Notes: a model not told the origin generated them from the letters alone. 64,000 bases of DNA from Promethearchaeota archaeon (GCA_029838195.1 JALGVJ010000003.1:96001-160000); one strand, 5' to 3'; shown: positions 1-10,687, counted from the first letter of the stretch. Numbers and translations are program-made.

Positions 1-2
1 AT

Positions 3-329
3 GACCATTTAAAAAACGATTCCTTGCCCGGTGATAATTCCGAATCTGAAAATATTCCCCAAAATAATGATCTTCATGAACATGATTATTCTATAGGAAG
101 TATTTATGCAGATGTTTTTCAAACGGATTTGATAAAGAAAAATGACATTGCTCACCATTTTATAGACATCATTATCTCCACCATGCACGTGCATCTATCG
201 TTTGATAAATGCTTGGAAATTATAGCCGTGCGAGGATCAATAGAACGAATAAAAAAGTATAAATACGCTTTAGAACAATTAAAGAGTGCAATTTCCGTAC
301 AACTCCAAATTGTTGAACAACAAATCTGA
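3..329 (+). CDS. nikR: NikR-family nickel-responsive regulator, C-terminal part (5' end lies outside the window)
   Basis: The frame is open from base 3 (DHLKNDSLPG...). The Ni-site motif AHHF...STMHVHLSFDKCLEIIAVRG matches NikR H76/H87/H89/C95. Confidence 0.75.
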   Translation, partial: DHLKNDSLPGDNSESENIPQNNDLHEHDYSIGSIYADVFQTDLIKKNDIAHHFIDIIISTMHVHLSFDKCLEIIAVRGSIERIKKYKYALEQLKSAISVQLQIVEQQI

Positions 330-630
330 AAAATCTTAAGACGTGCTTATTGAATCCTTCCATGATTGAGAAAGAAGATCAAAAAAAAGAAGGAAGAGAG
401 GGGGATGTGCGAATAAAAATTTCTTACAAGTTAAAAATAAGAAAAAATTAAGGCGATTGGAAAGAAATTTTTATTCTTTACATGTGGTCGTGTTTGAAAA
501 TATTATCTTATAATAGTTAATAAATGGTTGGATCCCGCTGATTTTCTGATTTATGATAAAAGGATAATAATAATTGAAAAAATAAAGATTAAAAAAAATA
601 AGAATTAATTTATCTGTTAATTTTAAGTTT

Positions 631-840
631 TTATAAATCTTTTTCTTGTACTGTTTTTCGGCCGTTCGCTTTTGCCCTTGCTATTGCTCTATCCAAGATA
701 TCCATGATGACTTTATTTAAGGAATCGCCATCAATCAAATCTCCACTCGTGTTGCAGCCTTTTGATTTGATATATTCACGGATTTTGCTTTTAACAAAAA
801 GGGTGTCCGAACCGGCTTTTGCAGCAGCTTTTTTAGCCAT
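631..840 (-). CDS. Short prokaryotic histone-fold protein (Bd0055/alpha3-truncated type) with a Lys/Ala N-terminal tail
   Basis: LFVKSKIREYIK...NTS...LDRAIARAKANGRKTVQEKDL carries the histone RKTV...D motif. An AGGAGG ribosome-binding site lies upstream. Confidence 0.85.
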   Translation of the reverse strand: MAKKAAAKAGSDTLFVKSKIREYIKSKGCNTSGDLIDGDSLNKVIMDILDRAIARAKANGRKTVQEKDL

Positions 841-847
841 TTTTATT

Positions 848-853
848 CCTCCT
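848..853 (-). promoter_or_regulatory. Shine-Dalgarno site of the histone gene
   Basis: AGGAGG on the minus strand, 7 nt before the ATG at 840. Confidence 0.6.
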
Positions 854-1263
854 TTATTTTTTATTAAATAAATATTGTTTTTTAAATAATAATGTGAAAA
901 ACTTATTTAAAAAGTTTTAGTTAAATTCTTCATAAATGATGAATAAATCCTCTTATGAGAACGTCTAGATCTAAAATTTTACGAATAATTTTTCTCCAAA
1001 AAATACGGCTTCCAAGGCTTTTTCATTGAATCATAAATTTATAATTTGAAATTGAGCTTTTTTTTTCGCTATTTTCATAATAAACTTTTTCATTTTAACT
1101 AAAATCAAGTCTCACGGCTGTTTTTCATCATCAATAATTATTTATTAAAACACTCCCTTTAAACATCATTGTCCTAATAGAACATATAAAGTGAGATTCA
1201 TTATTCATGATAAATTCTTTTTAAAATATTTAATAATCAAACGAGTATCTTCAAGCAAAAAAA

Positions 1264-2262
1264 ATGTCCCGAATCATTTTTTCAAGAGCTCCCGTACGTA
1301 TTAATGATATAGGGGGCTGGACAGATACGTGGTTTTATCCTAATGGAGCTGTTTTTAATTTTGCAATAAATCTTTATAGTCACGTGCGCCTACAAGAATC
1401 TTCAGATGAGAAAATAAAAATTTATAGTGAAAATCTGGATTTAAATACAGAAATAGCCAATTATCGAAAAATAGAATATGATGGAATTTTAGATCTTCTA
1501 AAAGCCGCAGTAAAACGGATGGAGGTGAGAACAGGATTAGATATCCACGTCAGAGCCGATGCACCACCCGGCAGTGGAATTGGGACAAGTGCAAGTGTAG
1601 CAGTGGCTTTAATAGCCGCTTTAACAAAATTCAAGGGAGAAATGATGGTGCCCCATGAAATAGCGGAATTAGCTCATAAACTCGAAACCGAAGAATTAAA
1701 ATTAGAGAGTGGTGTTCAAGACCAATACGCATCGGCCTATGGGGGAATAAATTTCATGGAATTTGATTATCCTCGTGTTAAATTATCCCCCGTGCGAATT
1801 AGTGAACAAAAAATATGTCAAATCGAATCTCAAATGATACTCGTATATTTGAGTTCAAGAAGCTCAAGTGAAATGCATAAAAACGTGATTAAGAAATATT
1901 TAGAGGGTGATAAAAACATTCAACAAGCATTTGATATTTTAAAAAATTGTGCTTACAAGATGAAAAATGCGATTAAGGCGAACGATTTAAATGAGATTGG
2001 CGCTGTAATGAATGAGAATTGGGAAGCCCAGAAAATGCTCCACCCTTTAATGGTTAATGACGATATTTTAAAATTAGAAAAAATCGCATTTTCTAATGGA
2101 GCTATTGGTTTTAAAAACAACGGGGCAGGGGGAGGTGGTTCGATTACAATATTAGCGGATATTGGGAAAGAACATGAAATAAAGAAAAATTTAATTAATG
2201 CTGGGTTCACTTTATTTCCCATTAATTTAAATTTCAATGGCGTGCAAACATGGGAACTGTGA
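1264..2262 (+). CDS. GHMP-family sugar kinase (HddA/heptose-7-phosphate kinase-like)
   Basis: RAPVRIN..GGWTD, PPGSGIGTSAS (GHMP motif), GVQDQY and GAGGGG. Confidence 0.85.
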   Translation: MSRIIFSRAPVRINDIGGWTDTWFYPNGAVFNFAINLYSHVRLQESSDEKIKIYSENLDLNTEIANYRKIEYDGILDLLKAAVKRMEVRTGLDIHVRADAPPGSGIGTSASVAVALIAALTKFKGEMMVPHEIAELAHKLETEELKLESGVQDQYASAYGGINFMEFDYPRVKLSPVRISEQKICQIESQMILVYLSSRSSSEMHKNVIKKYLEGDKNIQQAFDILKNCAYKMKNAIKANDLNEIGAVMNENWEAQKMLHPLMVNDDILKLEKIAFSNGAIGFKNNGAGGGGSITILADIGKEHEIKKNLINAGFTLFPINLNFNGVQTWEL

Positions 2263-2594
2263 TGCATTTTTTTTTTAAATGATTAATTTTAAGAAATTCG
2301 AACTTTAACGAAAAATCCATGTAAAAATTAACTTTGTTTCCAATAACTTATTTTTAATTTAAGAATTTTTGATTGGTATTTCATGATTGTTCTCTAACGT
2401 GAAATCCATCACCCTCTTCCTTGTTAATATAATAAAATGCTAGGTTTTAAAAACAATATTAAAAATTTATAAATATATGAATATAATATTTTACATGAGA
2501 GATAAAAAGAAGATTGATGAAGTAATGAAATAAATGAGAAAGTGAATCCTTCTTTGATTTCTTCTAAAAACAAGGCAATAAAACGTGAAATGCC

Positions 2595-3287
2595 ATGAAG
2601 ATCAATAAAAATGATGGTATAACGGAGATCAAGCTTCTATATTGGGGAATGGCAGGGTCCGGTAAAACTACCATCATCGATACCTTATATAAAATTACTA
2701 AATCTCAGAAAAAAGAAATGGGACAGCTCATTTCAATCGAACCGAAAGGCGAACTGAAAAAAATAGGGGCAAAAAGCGGTGCTACTTTATATTTTGATAG
2801 AGGATTTTTTCAATCGAAATTTCATAAAACCGTCAATTATCACGTATTTACGGTTGCTGGACAAAATAGTTTTTCTCCCCTTCGATTAAGAATATTTGAG
2901 GGTACGGATGGCGTGATTTTTGTCGTGGATTCGCAAACGCATTTTTTTGAAGATAATATTGAATCTTTAAAAGAATTGAAAAATGTAGCACGAGGAAAAC
3001 TCATTACAGAAATTCCTCTCATTGTCATGTTAAATAAACAAGACCTTGAAAACGTGATTCACGTAGAAGATTTCATTCAAGTTCTAAAAAATGAGAAACT
3101 TTGGAACGAACCAAATGATGAATTATATATGTGGAATCCCATTATATATGAAACATGTGCTCTTTTTGATAAAAAGAAAAATATTTATCAAAGTTTTTCT
3201 GAACTAGCAAGACGGACTCAAATTTACAAGACTTATGGAAAAGGGAAAGCTCCCTTGAAAGAAATCATGTCTGACGTCCCAATTTAA
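2595..3287 (+). CDS. MglA-like small Ras-superfamily GTPase
   Basis: G1 GMAGSGKTT, TLYFD, G3-like TVAGQ, DGVIFVVDS and G4 NKQD. Confidence 0.85.
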   Translation: MKINKNDGITEIKLLYWGMAGSGKTTIIDTLYKITKSQKKEMGQLISIEPKGELKKIGAKSGATLYFDRGFFQSKFHKTVNYHVFTVAGQNSFSPLRLRIFEGTDGVIFVVDSQTHFFEDNIESLKELKNVARGKLITEIPLIVMLNKQDLENVIHVEDFIQVLKNEKLWNEPNDELYMWNPIIYETCALFDKKKNIYQSFSELARRTQIYKTYGKGKAPLKEIMSDVPI

Positions 3288-3614
3288 AGGTTCAATAAAA
3301 CTTAAAAGCACGAAAATTTTTGTTATTGGTTTTCTTAGATTTCATGAAAAATTTGAGTTCATGGAAAAAAAGCAAAACCAATTCTTTCCATTTAAGATGT
3401 GATTGATACAAATATCACTGAGAACATTTCATGGTATGTTCATTTATACCTTAAAATCTCGTCTTTTTAAACTAGCTACTCGTGAAAAAAAATAAATTAG
3501 AACTTATCTCTTTATTAAACAAATGATTCAATGATAATTTATTTTTTATAAAGACTACGTTAAAATAGTTTTTAAAGTTAAATTCAAATAAATAAAGAAA
3601 ATAGGGTATCAAGC

Positions 3615-4118
3615 ATGACAAAATCAGAAGAAAATTTAAAAACTGCTTTTGCGGGTGAAAGCCAAGCTAATCGCAAATATTTAGCTTTTGCCGGGCAAGC
3701 AGAGAAAGAGGGCTTTCCCCAAGTAGCAAAATTGTTTCGAGCAGCAGCCACCGCTGAAACTATTCACGCTCATAATCACCTTAGAACTTTAGGAGGTATA
3801 AAAAGCACTCGTGAGAACTTGAAGGAAGCCATAGGAGGAGAGTATTACGAATTTAATGAAATGTATCCTAAATTTTTAGAGGATGCAAAAAATGAAGGAA
3901 ATAAGGATGCAGAACGGACCTTTTATTTTGCTAATGAAGTCGAAAAAATTCATTATGGATTGTATGAAAAAGCTTTAAAAGCGGTAGAAGCAGGTAAGGA
4001 CTTAGAAAAAAAAGAGGTGCGTGTATGTCCCGTCTGTGGGTATACCGTAGAGGGAGATGTTCCCGATAAATGTCCGGTATGTGGAACCCCAGGTTCCAAG
4101 TTCCAATTCATTCAATAA
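3615..4118 (+). CDS. rbr: Rubrerythrin
   Basis: AFAGESQANRKY, ETIHA, EKIH di-iron motifs and a C-terminal rubredoxin CPVCG...CPVCG. Confidence 0.95.
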   Translation: MTKSEENLKTAFAGESQANRKYLAFAGQAEKEGFPQVAKLFRAAATAETIHAHNHLRTLGGIKSTRENLKEAIGGEYYEFNEMYPKFLEDAKNEGNKDAERTFYFANEVEKIHYGLYEKALKAVEAGKDLEKKEVRVCPVCGYTVEGDVPDKCPVCGTPGSKFQFIQ

Positions 4119-4152
4119 ACAATTTCGCTTTTTTTATTTTATCTTATTTTTT

Positions 4153-5742
4153 TCAAGAATAAAGTTTCCACGGTTGGTGTCCTTTTTTTATTTTTAGAAA
4201 ATAAGAATCCATGGAAAAGCCCAACAATTTTTCAGCTCTTCTTAAAGCACCAAAATTAGCTCCTTGTTGGTAATAACATTCTAATAACTCTCCCATTTTT
4301 TCATCTCCTAATGAAATAAATGCCTGAAGTCTGGCCTTATTTAATATATTTTTTGCGTTCTTAAAATTTATCTTAATGGATTTTACCTTTTTCAATCCTT
4401 TTTCTAATTTTTGATAAGATTGGAGTAAATATTGAATATTTTCTTTTAATAAATGGGTTATTTCAAATTGAAACGGCGTATTAAATTTTGGAATGAAGGG
4501 GTTTACGTTTATTCTTAACGCATGCTTTTCAAATCCTAAGGCATTAATTTGTAATACTAATGAAATGATATTTTCAATATCTTCCTCAGTTTCATTCGGA
4601 AGACCAATTAAAAAATAAAACTTGATATTCCTTATCTGCGATTCTCTGAGGCGTTTAATCGTATTGAGAATCATGACATCCGAAATATTCTTTCCGATGG
4701 ACCTCCTTAATGCTTCTGATCCCGTTTCCGGAGCAATCGTGATGGTCTTGATACCTACTTGTTCCATGAGAGAAATGTTTTCTTTGGTGAGATGTTCTAT
4801 TCGAATGGAAGGAAGCGTAAAACTTAAGCCACTGTTCAATACCTTCTTACAAATATCTGTAAATCGAGGATGAGCTGAAACGCATGACCCAATAAAAGCT
4901 ATAACATCAAAAACGCCCATTTTTTTACATGCTTCAATTTCTTCAAAAATTTTCTCAATACTCTTATTTCGAAAAGGATAATTATGAAAAGACGATAAGC
5001 AAAATTTGCATTGAAATGGACATCCCCTATTCACTTCAATGAAATAATGATGTTGAAAGGTCCCCTTGCGTTCTATTTTTGGAAAACTTGATTGAGGGAT
5101 GGGAGAAGGAGAATCATCTAAATTTTCTAATATTGCTCTTTTTACCGGATTTTTTAATCTCGGAATATATACTCCCGGTAATTGTTTTATTTTATTTAAG
5201 AATTCCCTGTTCGTAATTATTTCTTGGTTCCATTCTAAATAATGGTTAAGAAATGTTAATAAACTTGGCTCCGCATCTCCGATAAAGAACACATCAAAAA
5301 ATTTAGTAAAAGGCAAGGGATTTGAGGTAATGACGGGCCCTCCTCCAATAATGAGAGGAAGCCTTTCATTTCGATTTTTTTGCTCCCAGAAAGGAGCGTT
5401 CTTCTTGCTTAAACATGAAGCATTTTCTAAAATCCACAATACATTACGATAATCATTTTCAAATTGAATGCTAAATCCTAAAATGTCTAAATCTTTTAAT
5501 AAAAGTTGATGTTCAAGAGTCCTTACGGGCTCGTGATAATACTTATGACGTGAATGAGGATACCTGATATGGTCGGGTAAAAAAACACGTTCACATGCCA
5601 TGTTTTCTTGCGAGTTGATCATGAAATAAAGAAGACGAATGGCATGAGAGGACATTCCAATCTCTTGAATGTTAGGATAAGTCAATCCAAAAATGAGATC
5701 CACTCGATTTAGATCCTTTTTCACGGAAAACTTGGAAAACAT
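4153..5742 (-). CDS. Radical SAM protein with an N-terminal B12-binding-like domain (TIGR03960-like)
   Basis: EVNRGCPFQCKFC (CxxxCxxC), IIGGGP...NP, TIAPETGSE and FLIGLPNET. Confidence 0.85.
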   Translation of the reverse strand: MFSKFSVKKDLNRVDLIFGLTYPNIQEIGMSSHAIRLLYFMINSQENMACERVFLPDHIRYPHSRHKYYHEPVRTLEHQLLLKDLDILGFSIQFENDYRNVLWILENASCLSKKNAPFWEQKNRNERLPLIIGGGPVITSNPLPFTKFFDVFFIGDAEPSLLTFLNHYLEWNQEIITNREFLNKIKQLPGVYIPRLKNPVKRAILENLDDSPSPIPQSSFPKIERKGTFQHHYFIEVNRGCPFQCKFCLSSFHNYPFRNKSIEKIFEEIEACKKMGVFDVIAFIGSCVSAHPRFTDICKKVLNSGLSFTLPSIRIEHLTKENISLMEQVGIKTITIAPETGSEALRRSIGKNISDVMILNTIKRLRESQIRNIKFYFLIGLPNETEEDIENIISLVLQINALGFEKHALRINVNPFIPKFNTPFQFEITHLLKENIQYLLQSYQKLEKGLKKVKSIKINFKNAKNILNKARLQAFISLGDEKMGELLECYYQQGANFGALRRAEKLLGFSMDSYFLKIKKGHQPWKLYS

Positions 5743-5768
5743 GGGTTTTCATAAAAGAAATAAAATAT

Positions 5769-6575
5769 TTACGATGTTGACTCAGATTCCGATTCGGATT
5801 TCATTCTCTTTATTTCTTCTACTATGAGGGGTAATATTTTCCCTGTTTTATGGTGAATGACAACTTCTGCTCTCTCATCAAGATACGTGGGTTCATCATT
5901 TACAATGATCAATTTTCCCCGTTCTTGCAATGTATATAGGGGGAGATTGCAAACAGGTGCCACCGAAAGCGAAGAACCCGCAATTAACATGACATCTGCC
6001 TTCTGGGCTAACGCTTGAGATTGATATATCTCAAAAGTAGGTAAACTTTCTCCAAATAACACTACGGAGGGTTTTAATGGGGCTGCGCAAATATCGCATA
6101 ACGGCGGATATTGTTTCTCTTTCTTCAATTTTCTCATTACTTGATCTTTAGTATAAGAAGCACGACAACCAAAGCAGTTAAACCTATTTATGTTACCATG
6201 AACCTCATAGACCATGACAGAACCCGCTTTTTGATGCAATTCATCCACATTTTGCGTGATAATAGCCTTTATAATATTCATTTTTTCTAATTCTGATAAT
6301 GCAATATGTCCCGCATTCGGTTTTGCTTTAAACAAAGTAGGTGCTATTTTTTCTGCTAACTTCCAAAATTTCGTGGGATCCTTGATATAAGATCTAATGT
6401 TGCTATAAATATCAGGATCATATTTTTTCCACAATCCACTTTCTGATCGGAAATCGGGAATGCCACTTTCCGTCGAAATGCCCGCTCCGGTTAATGCTAT
6501 GGCATTTTTTGAATTATATAGCAACTCTGCCGCTCTAATGATCTTCTTCCGTTCGGCTAATTTAATGATTTTCAT
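5769..6575 (-). CDS. cobB: NAD-dependent protein deacylase (sirtuin)
   Basis: TGAGISTESGIPDFRS, ITQNVDELH, HGN, two CxxC Zn pairs and GSSL. Confidence 0.95.
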   Translation of the reverse strand: MKIIKLAERKKIIRAAELLYNSKNAIALTGAGISTESGIPDFRSESGLWKKYDPDIYSNIRSYIKDPTKFWKLAEKIAPTLFKAKPNAGHIALSELEKMNIIKAIITQNVDELHQKAGSVMVYEVHGNINRFNCFGCRASYTKDQVMRKLKKEKQYPPLCDICAAPLKPSVVLFGESLPTFEIYQSQALAQKADVMLIAGSSLSVAPVCNLPLYTLQERGKLIIVNDEPTYLDERAEVVIHHKTGKILPLIVEEIKRMKSESESESTS

Positions 6576-7226
6576 GATAGTTAAATTTAATTTAAACTAT
6601 AGTATTAAAAAATAATATTATATTAAACTTCTTTTCTTTAATTTATAAACTTTCCTCTAATTTCTCTCTTACTTTTTAAATGAATCCCATTCCATTATTG
6701 TGTAAGTTTTTTTTTTTTCCTATATTTCATTAGCCCCATATTTTATTCTTTTCTAATTCAAACTTACTTTCTAAGAAATATCCGGATGAAATGATCGATT
6801 GATACATGAGAAGAATATAAAAGAATAAGAATTAAGTAAAAAATATAGTTATAAATATTCTATTTTCTACCTTTCGCCTTATTACCCTTGCTCAGTGTTA
6901 GTTCAATTAATTTTTTCGTGTTTATTCTCTCTTGACAAAGAATACAAGATAAAGAATTCAATAAATTTTAAATGTAATTCTTATCCTTCTTGATAATAAA
7001 AAAGGATAATTACATTTCTCTTCAATTAGCTACGGCGTAAAAAATTTTTTCAAATGTCCATTACATTTGAAAGTATCTTGAATGCATTGGAACTCTGTTA
7101 TAGGCTATTTTAAAACCCATCACCAGCCTATTTTTGCCACGCCTCCAGTATTCTTTTCCCAATTGCTCTGATTTTTCAAGAATAAAAATCTAAACCTTTT
7201 TATATGTTTCTCATGTTTAGGTTCTT

Positions 7227-8591
7227 ATGGATTCTGAAATAAAAACGCATAAAAAACACGTTAAAATCTTCTCATTTTACTACTTTATCGAAGGCTATTC
7301 TCAAGGCATTCCCATACTCGTTTTCCCTCCTTATTTAGCCAAAGTCTTAGGAGGATCTTTCAATCTCGCTCTCTGGACGTTGGTTGCATTCATCGGCTCG
7401 CTTCCTTGGGCAATTAAAGCCATTGTAGGACCATTAAGCGATAAATGGGGCTCTAAGAAACTCGGGTATCGCTTTCCTTGGATCTTCGGTTTCGGAAGTG
7501 TAGGGGGTTTCTTTTGGCTTATGATGGCGATTTATCTGCCCATTAACGAGACCATTTATCTTTTTTTTGCAATTTACTACTTTGCAACGCAAGTAGGCAC
7601 CGCATTCTCGGATACAGCCTTAGACTCGCTCATTCTTGATGTGACTCCAAAAAAAAGATTGGGGAAAATTCAGGGATCAACTTGGACGTGCATGATTTTA
7701 GGGCAAGGAGCAGGAGGGATGCTCTTGGGGCTGATATTTCTTGCCCTGGATATCATACCATGGTTGTTCGTTCTCACGGGGTTTTTAATGATTCTTGCCA
7801 GTTTTTTGCCCTATTTAATTCACGAAGAACCGTTTATAAAAATACCAACAAAAGACATGTTGCTAGATATCAAGTCAGTGTTTAGCAAGAAAAGGAATTA
7901 TACAGTATTTTTTTACACGTTTACTGGAGGAATTATTGCGAACGTACTTTCACAATTCTTTAATTATGTAATTTTAGTTGCCATGGGCATCATAGACGTC
8001 GTGCAGACGATTCTTTCCATTACGAGCGGTAATCCTGTAGAATTATTAGGCTGGTCTTCAGTATTTTTATTCTGTTACGGGTTAGGAATAGTAATAGGCT
8101 CCATGATTTCAGGTAGATTTTTAGATAGGAATCGGAAGATGACGGTAATAAAGACATATTTATTGTATATTCCGGTGGCGCTGATAAGCGTGGTTCCATT
8201 TTTTCTATTTAATGGTATGTTCTTGGTGGCTTTACTTTTTGGAATTTTACTACAAATCATTATTGGTGCACTGCAAGGGTCCTTAACTGTATCCAATCAA
8301 ACCATACGAGGAGATCTCACGAAAAAATATTATCCTAAGCTCAAATCGACTTATTTTGCTTTACTAGTAGCGCTAAACAACTTCGGGCAATCCTTTGGCG
8401 TATATTTAGGGTTTTTGATATTCAATACATTTGCTGGGCTTGTAATGAATTTCTATTTAATCTATTTCATTTTGATGTGTGCGTGTTCGAGCAGTTTAGG
8501 CATCAGCATGCTATTATTTAGAACCATTGATCCGAAAGATTATGAATTAGGTGAAGTAGAGGGAGGAGAGAAGGACATTCAATTTACATGA
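7227..8591 (+). CDS. MFS transporter (AmpG/BT1-like)
   Basis: About 12 hydrophobic segments; LPWAIK..GPLSD...RFPW and FSDTALD motifs. Confidence 0.85.
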   Translation: MDSEIKTHKKHVKIFSFYYFIEGYSQGIPILVFPPYLAKVLGGSFNLALWTLVAFIGSLPWAIKAIVGPLSDKWGSKKLGYRFPWIFGFGSVGGFFWLMMAIYLPINETIYLFFAIYYFATQVGTAFSDTALDSLILDVTPKKRLGKIQGSTWTCMILGQGAGGMLLGLIFLALDIIPWLFVLTGFLMILASFLPYLIHEEPFIKIPTKDMLLDIKSVFSKKRNYTVFFYTFTGGIIANVLSQFFNYVILVAMGIIDVVQTILSITSGNPVELLGWSSVFLFCYGLGIVIGSMISGRFLDRNRKMTVIKTYLLYIPVALISVVPFFLFNGMFLVALLFGILLQIIIGALQGSLTVSNQTIRGDLTKKYYPKLKSTYFALLVALNNFGQSFGVYLGFLIFNTFAGLVMNFYLIYFILMCACSSSLGISMLLFRTIDPKDYELGEVEGGEKDIQFT

Positions 8592-8846
8592 ACTTTTAAA
8601 TTATTTGAACAAATTGCTAAAATAATTATCCTTGAAGCATATAATCCTAAAAAAAGAAAAAAACAAGAATTCTAAAAAAACAAAAAAATGGAGAAACTTT
8701 TGGCCAAACTTTTGGGCATTAAAAATTCTTATTTTTTTTTCTTATTTAATAAATTTAACCTAAATGGAGTTTTTTTAAATCTTGATGAAATGGTGGATGA
8801 TAGTTAATTTCGAGAATCATGAAAGGGGTTATAAAATGTGTAAAGA

Positions 8847-10526
8847 ATGGAAGAGGCGAGAAAGAAATTGGAAAAAAGCTTATTAATTAAAAATGGACGC
8901 ATCATCGATGGAACGGGTACGGCTTCTTATCAAGGCGATCTCCTCATTAAAGACGATAAGATACATGAAATTGGCAAGGATCTTAAACATGAAGGCGTAG
9001 AGGCGATAATCGATGCTAAAGGATTAGTCGTTGCGCCAGGCTTCATTGATATTCACTCACATTTAGGATTCATTCACGCTTCTCGGCGTCATTATGAGAT
9101 CTTAAAAGGCTGGATCTATCAAGGCGTGACCACATTAATTTCAGGGAATTGTGGCATGAGTCCAGCTCCCATGAATCACCACATGAAAAAGGATCTTGAT
9201 AGTTATTGGAATGCGCTATTACCGAGAGAAGGTATAAAGCATGAATGGAATACGATGGCTGAATATTTTAAATATTTAGAGAAGATAGGGCAAGTATATA
9301 ATGTTGGCATGCTAACGGGGCATAACACGTTGCGCACGCATGTCATGGATTTTGCCATGCGATTGCCTAATGAAGAAGAAATGGCCCAAATGAAGCAATT
9401 GTTAAGAGAATCCTTACAAGCGGGTGCTTTAGGATTATCTTTCGGATTAGCCTACATTCCCGGCATTTTTTCAAATACCGAAGAATTAATTCAACTTGCT
9501 TCCGTCTTGAAAGAATTTAATCCTCCCCTTCCTTTAGTAGGACACGTGAGAGGCATGTTTACTAAATTTTACCATGAAGCCGTGAAAGAAGCTATAATGA
9601 TTGCAGAAAAAAATCAAGTTTCGCTTCAGGTCTCGCATCATGCGGGAGGAGGGCTCTCGAGAACTCGAAAATTGGCCTTAAAAGCCATCAACGAGGCCAT
9701 GAAGAGAGGAGCAAGAATTGGCCATGATAATATTCCTGTCCCAGCCCGGCGTACCACAGTCTTAAAAATCTTCCCTGCGTGGTTGTTCGATGGTGGTCAT
9801 GAAAAATTTTTCGAAAATCTCAAAAATCCTACCATTCAAGAGCGCGCTATTGAAGAAATCCTCTCTTTTCAGCCTAAGTGGCCTCCATGGGAAAATAATT
9901 ACTGGTTAGAAAAAGATTTTAATGAAAGTATCATTCTCACCGGTTTTAAGAAATCACAAAATAAACCATTCAACAACAAGAAACTCGGAGAAATTGCTGA
10001 GATAATGAAGAAAGAGCCCATTCGAGCCTTAATCCAATTAGTTTTAGAAGAGCATGGTGAAATTTTTTTCTTTTCTGGAAAACCCGACGATCCCATGGCC
10101 GAAATGTATATCATGAATTTATTTCGAGATCCGAATTGTTCCGTAGGAACGGATATCGTTGGTATTGATTTAGAAGAAACGCCTGTCCCAGGAGCCTATG
10201 GAGGATTTACTAAAATTTTGGGGGATTTTGTAAGGGAAAAAAACCTCATATCCCTTGAAGAGGCTATACGTAAAATGACTTCGCTTCCCGCAAGTCAGAT
10301 GCAGTTGGAAAAAAGGGGAAAATTAGAAAAAGGCTTTCATGCTGATATCGTGATTTTCGATCCGGAAAAAGTGAAATGCCTTGCAACTTTTGAAAATTCA
10401 CGGCAATTATCTGTTGGGATAGAATATGTTATAATTAACGGAATTACTGTCTTAGAAAATGGTGAATATAATTCAGAACGCCGGCCAGGAAAAATATTGA
10501 AGAATTCTTCGATGTATATCGGGTAA
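8847..10526 (+). CDS. N-acyl-D-amino-acid deacylase family amidohydrolase
   Basis: PGFIDIHSH, GVTT..GNCG and LEEAIRKMTSLPA...ADIVIFDP. Confidence 0.9.
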   Translation: MEEARKKLEKSLLIKNGRIIDGTGTASYQGDLLIKDDKIHEIGKDLKHEGVEAIIDAKGLVVAPGFIDIHSHLGFIHASRRHYEILKGWIYQGVTTLISGNCGMSPAPMNHHMKKDLDSYWNALLPREGIKHEWNTMAEYFKYLEKIGQVYNVGMLTGHNTLRTHVMDFAMRLPNEEEMAQMKQLLRESLQAGALGLSFGLAYIPGIFSNTEELIQLASVLKEFNPPLPLVGHVRGMFTKFYHEAVKEAIMIAEKNQVSLQVSHHAGGGLSRTRKLALKAINEAMKRGARIGHDNIPVPARRTTVLKIFPAWLFDGGHEKFFENLKNPTIQERAIEEILSFQPKWPPWENNYWLEKDFNESIILTGFKKSQNKPFNNKKLGEIAEIMKKEPIRALIQLVLEEHGEIFFFSGKPDDPMAEMYIMNLFRDPNCSVGTDIVGIDLEETPVPGAYGGFTKILGDFVREKNLISLEEAIRKMTSLPASQMQLEKRGKLEKGFHADIVIFDPEKVKCLATFENSRQLSVGIEYVIINGITVLENGEYNSERRPGKILKNSSMYIG

Positions 10527-10687
10527 TGAACACGAGCTAGGTTGCATTAATTTCTTGATTTTTCTTCTCAGTAGTTCTCTAATTTCAAAATATAAATAGC
10601 GTTTTTTTTTGTCTTGTTAAGTTTTAATCTCTTAAAGCTTTTTGAAATTGTAAAACGAAAGATAATAGAAGAGTAAAAACATGTTTT

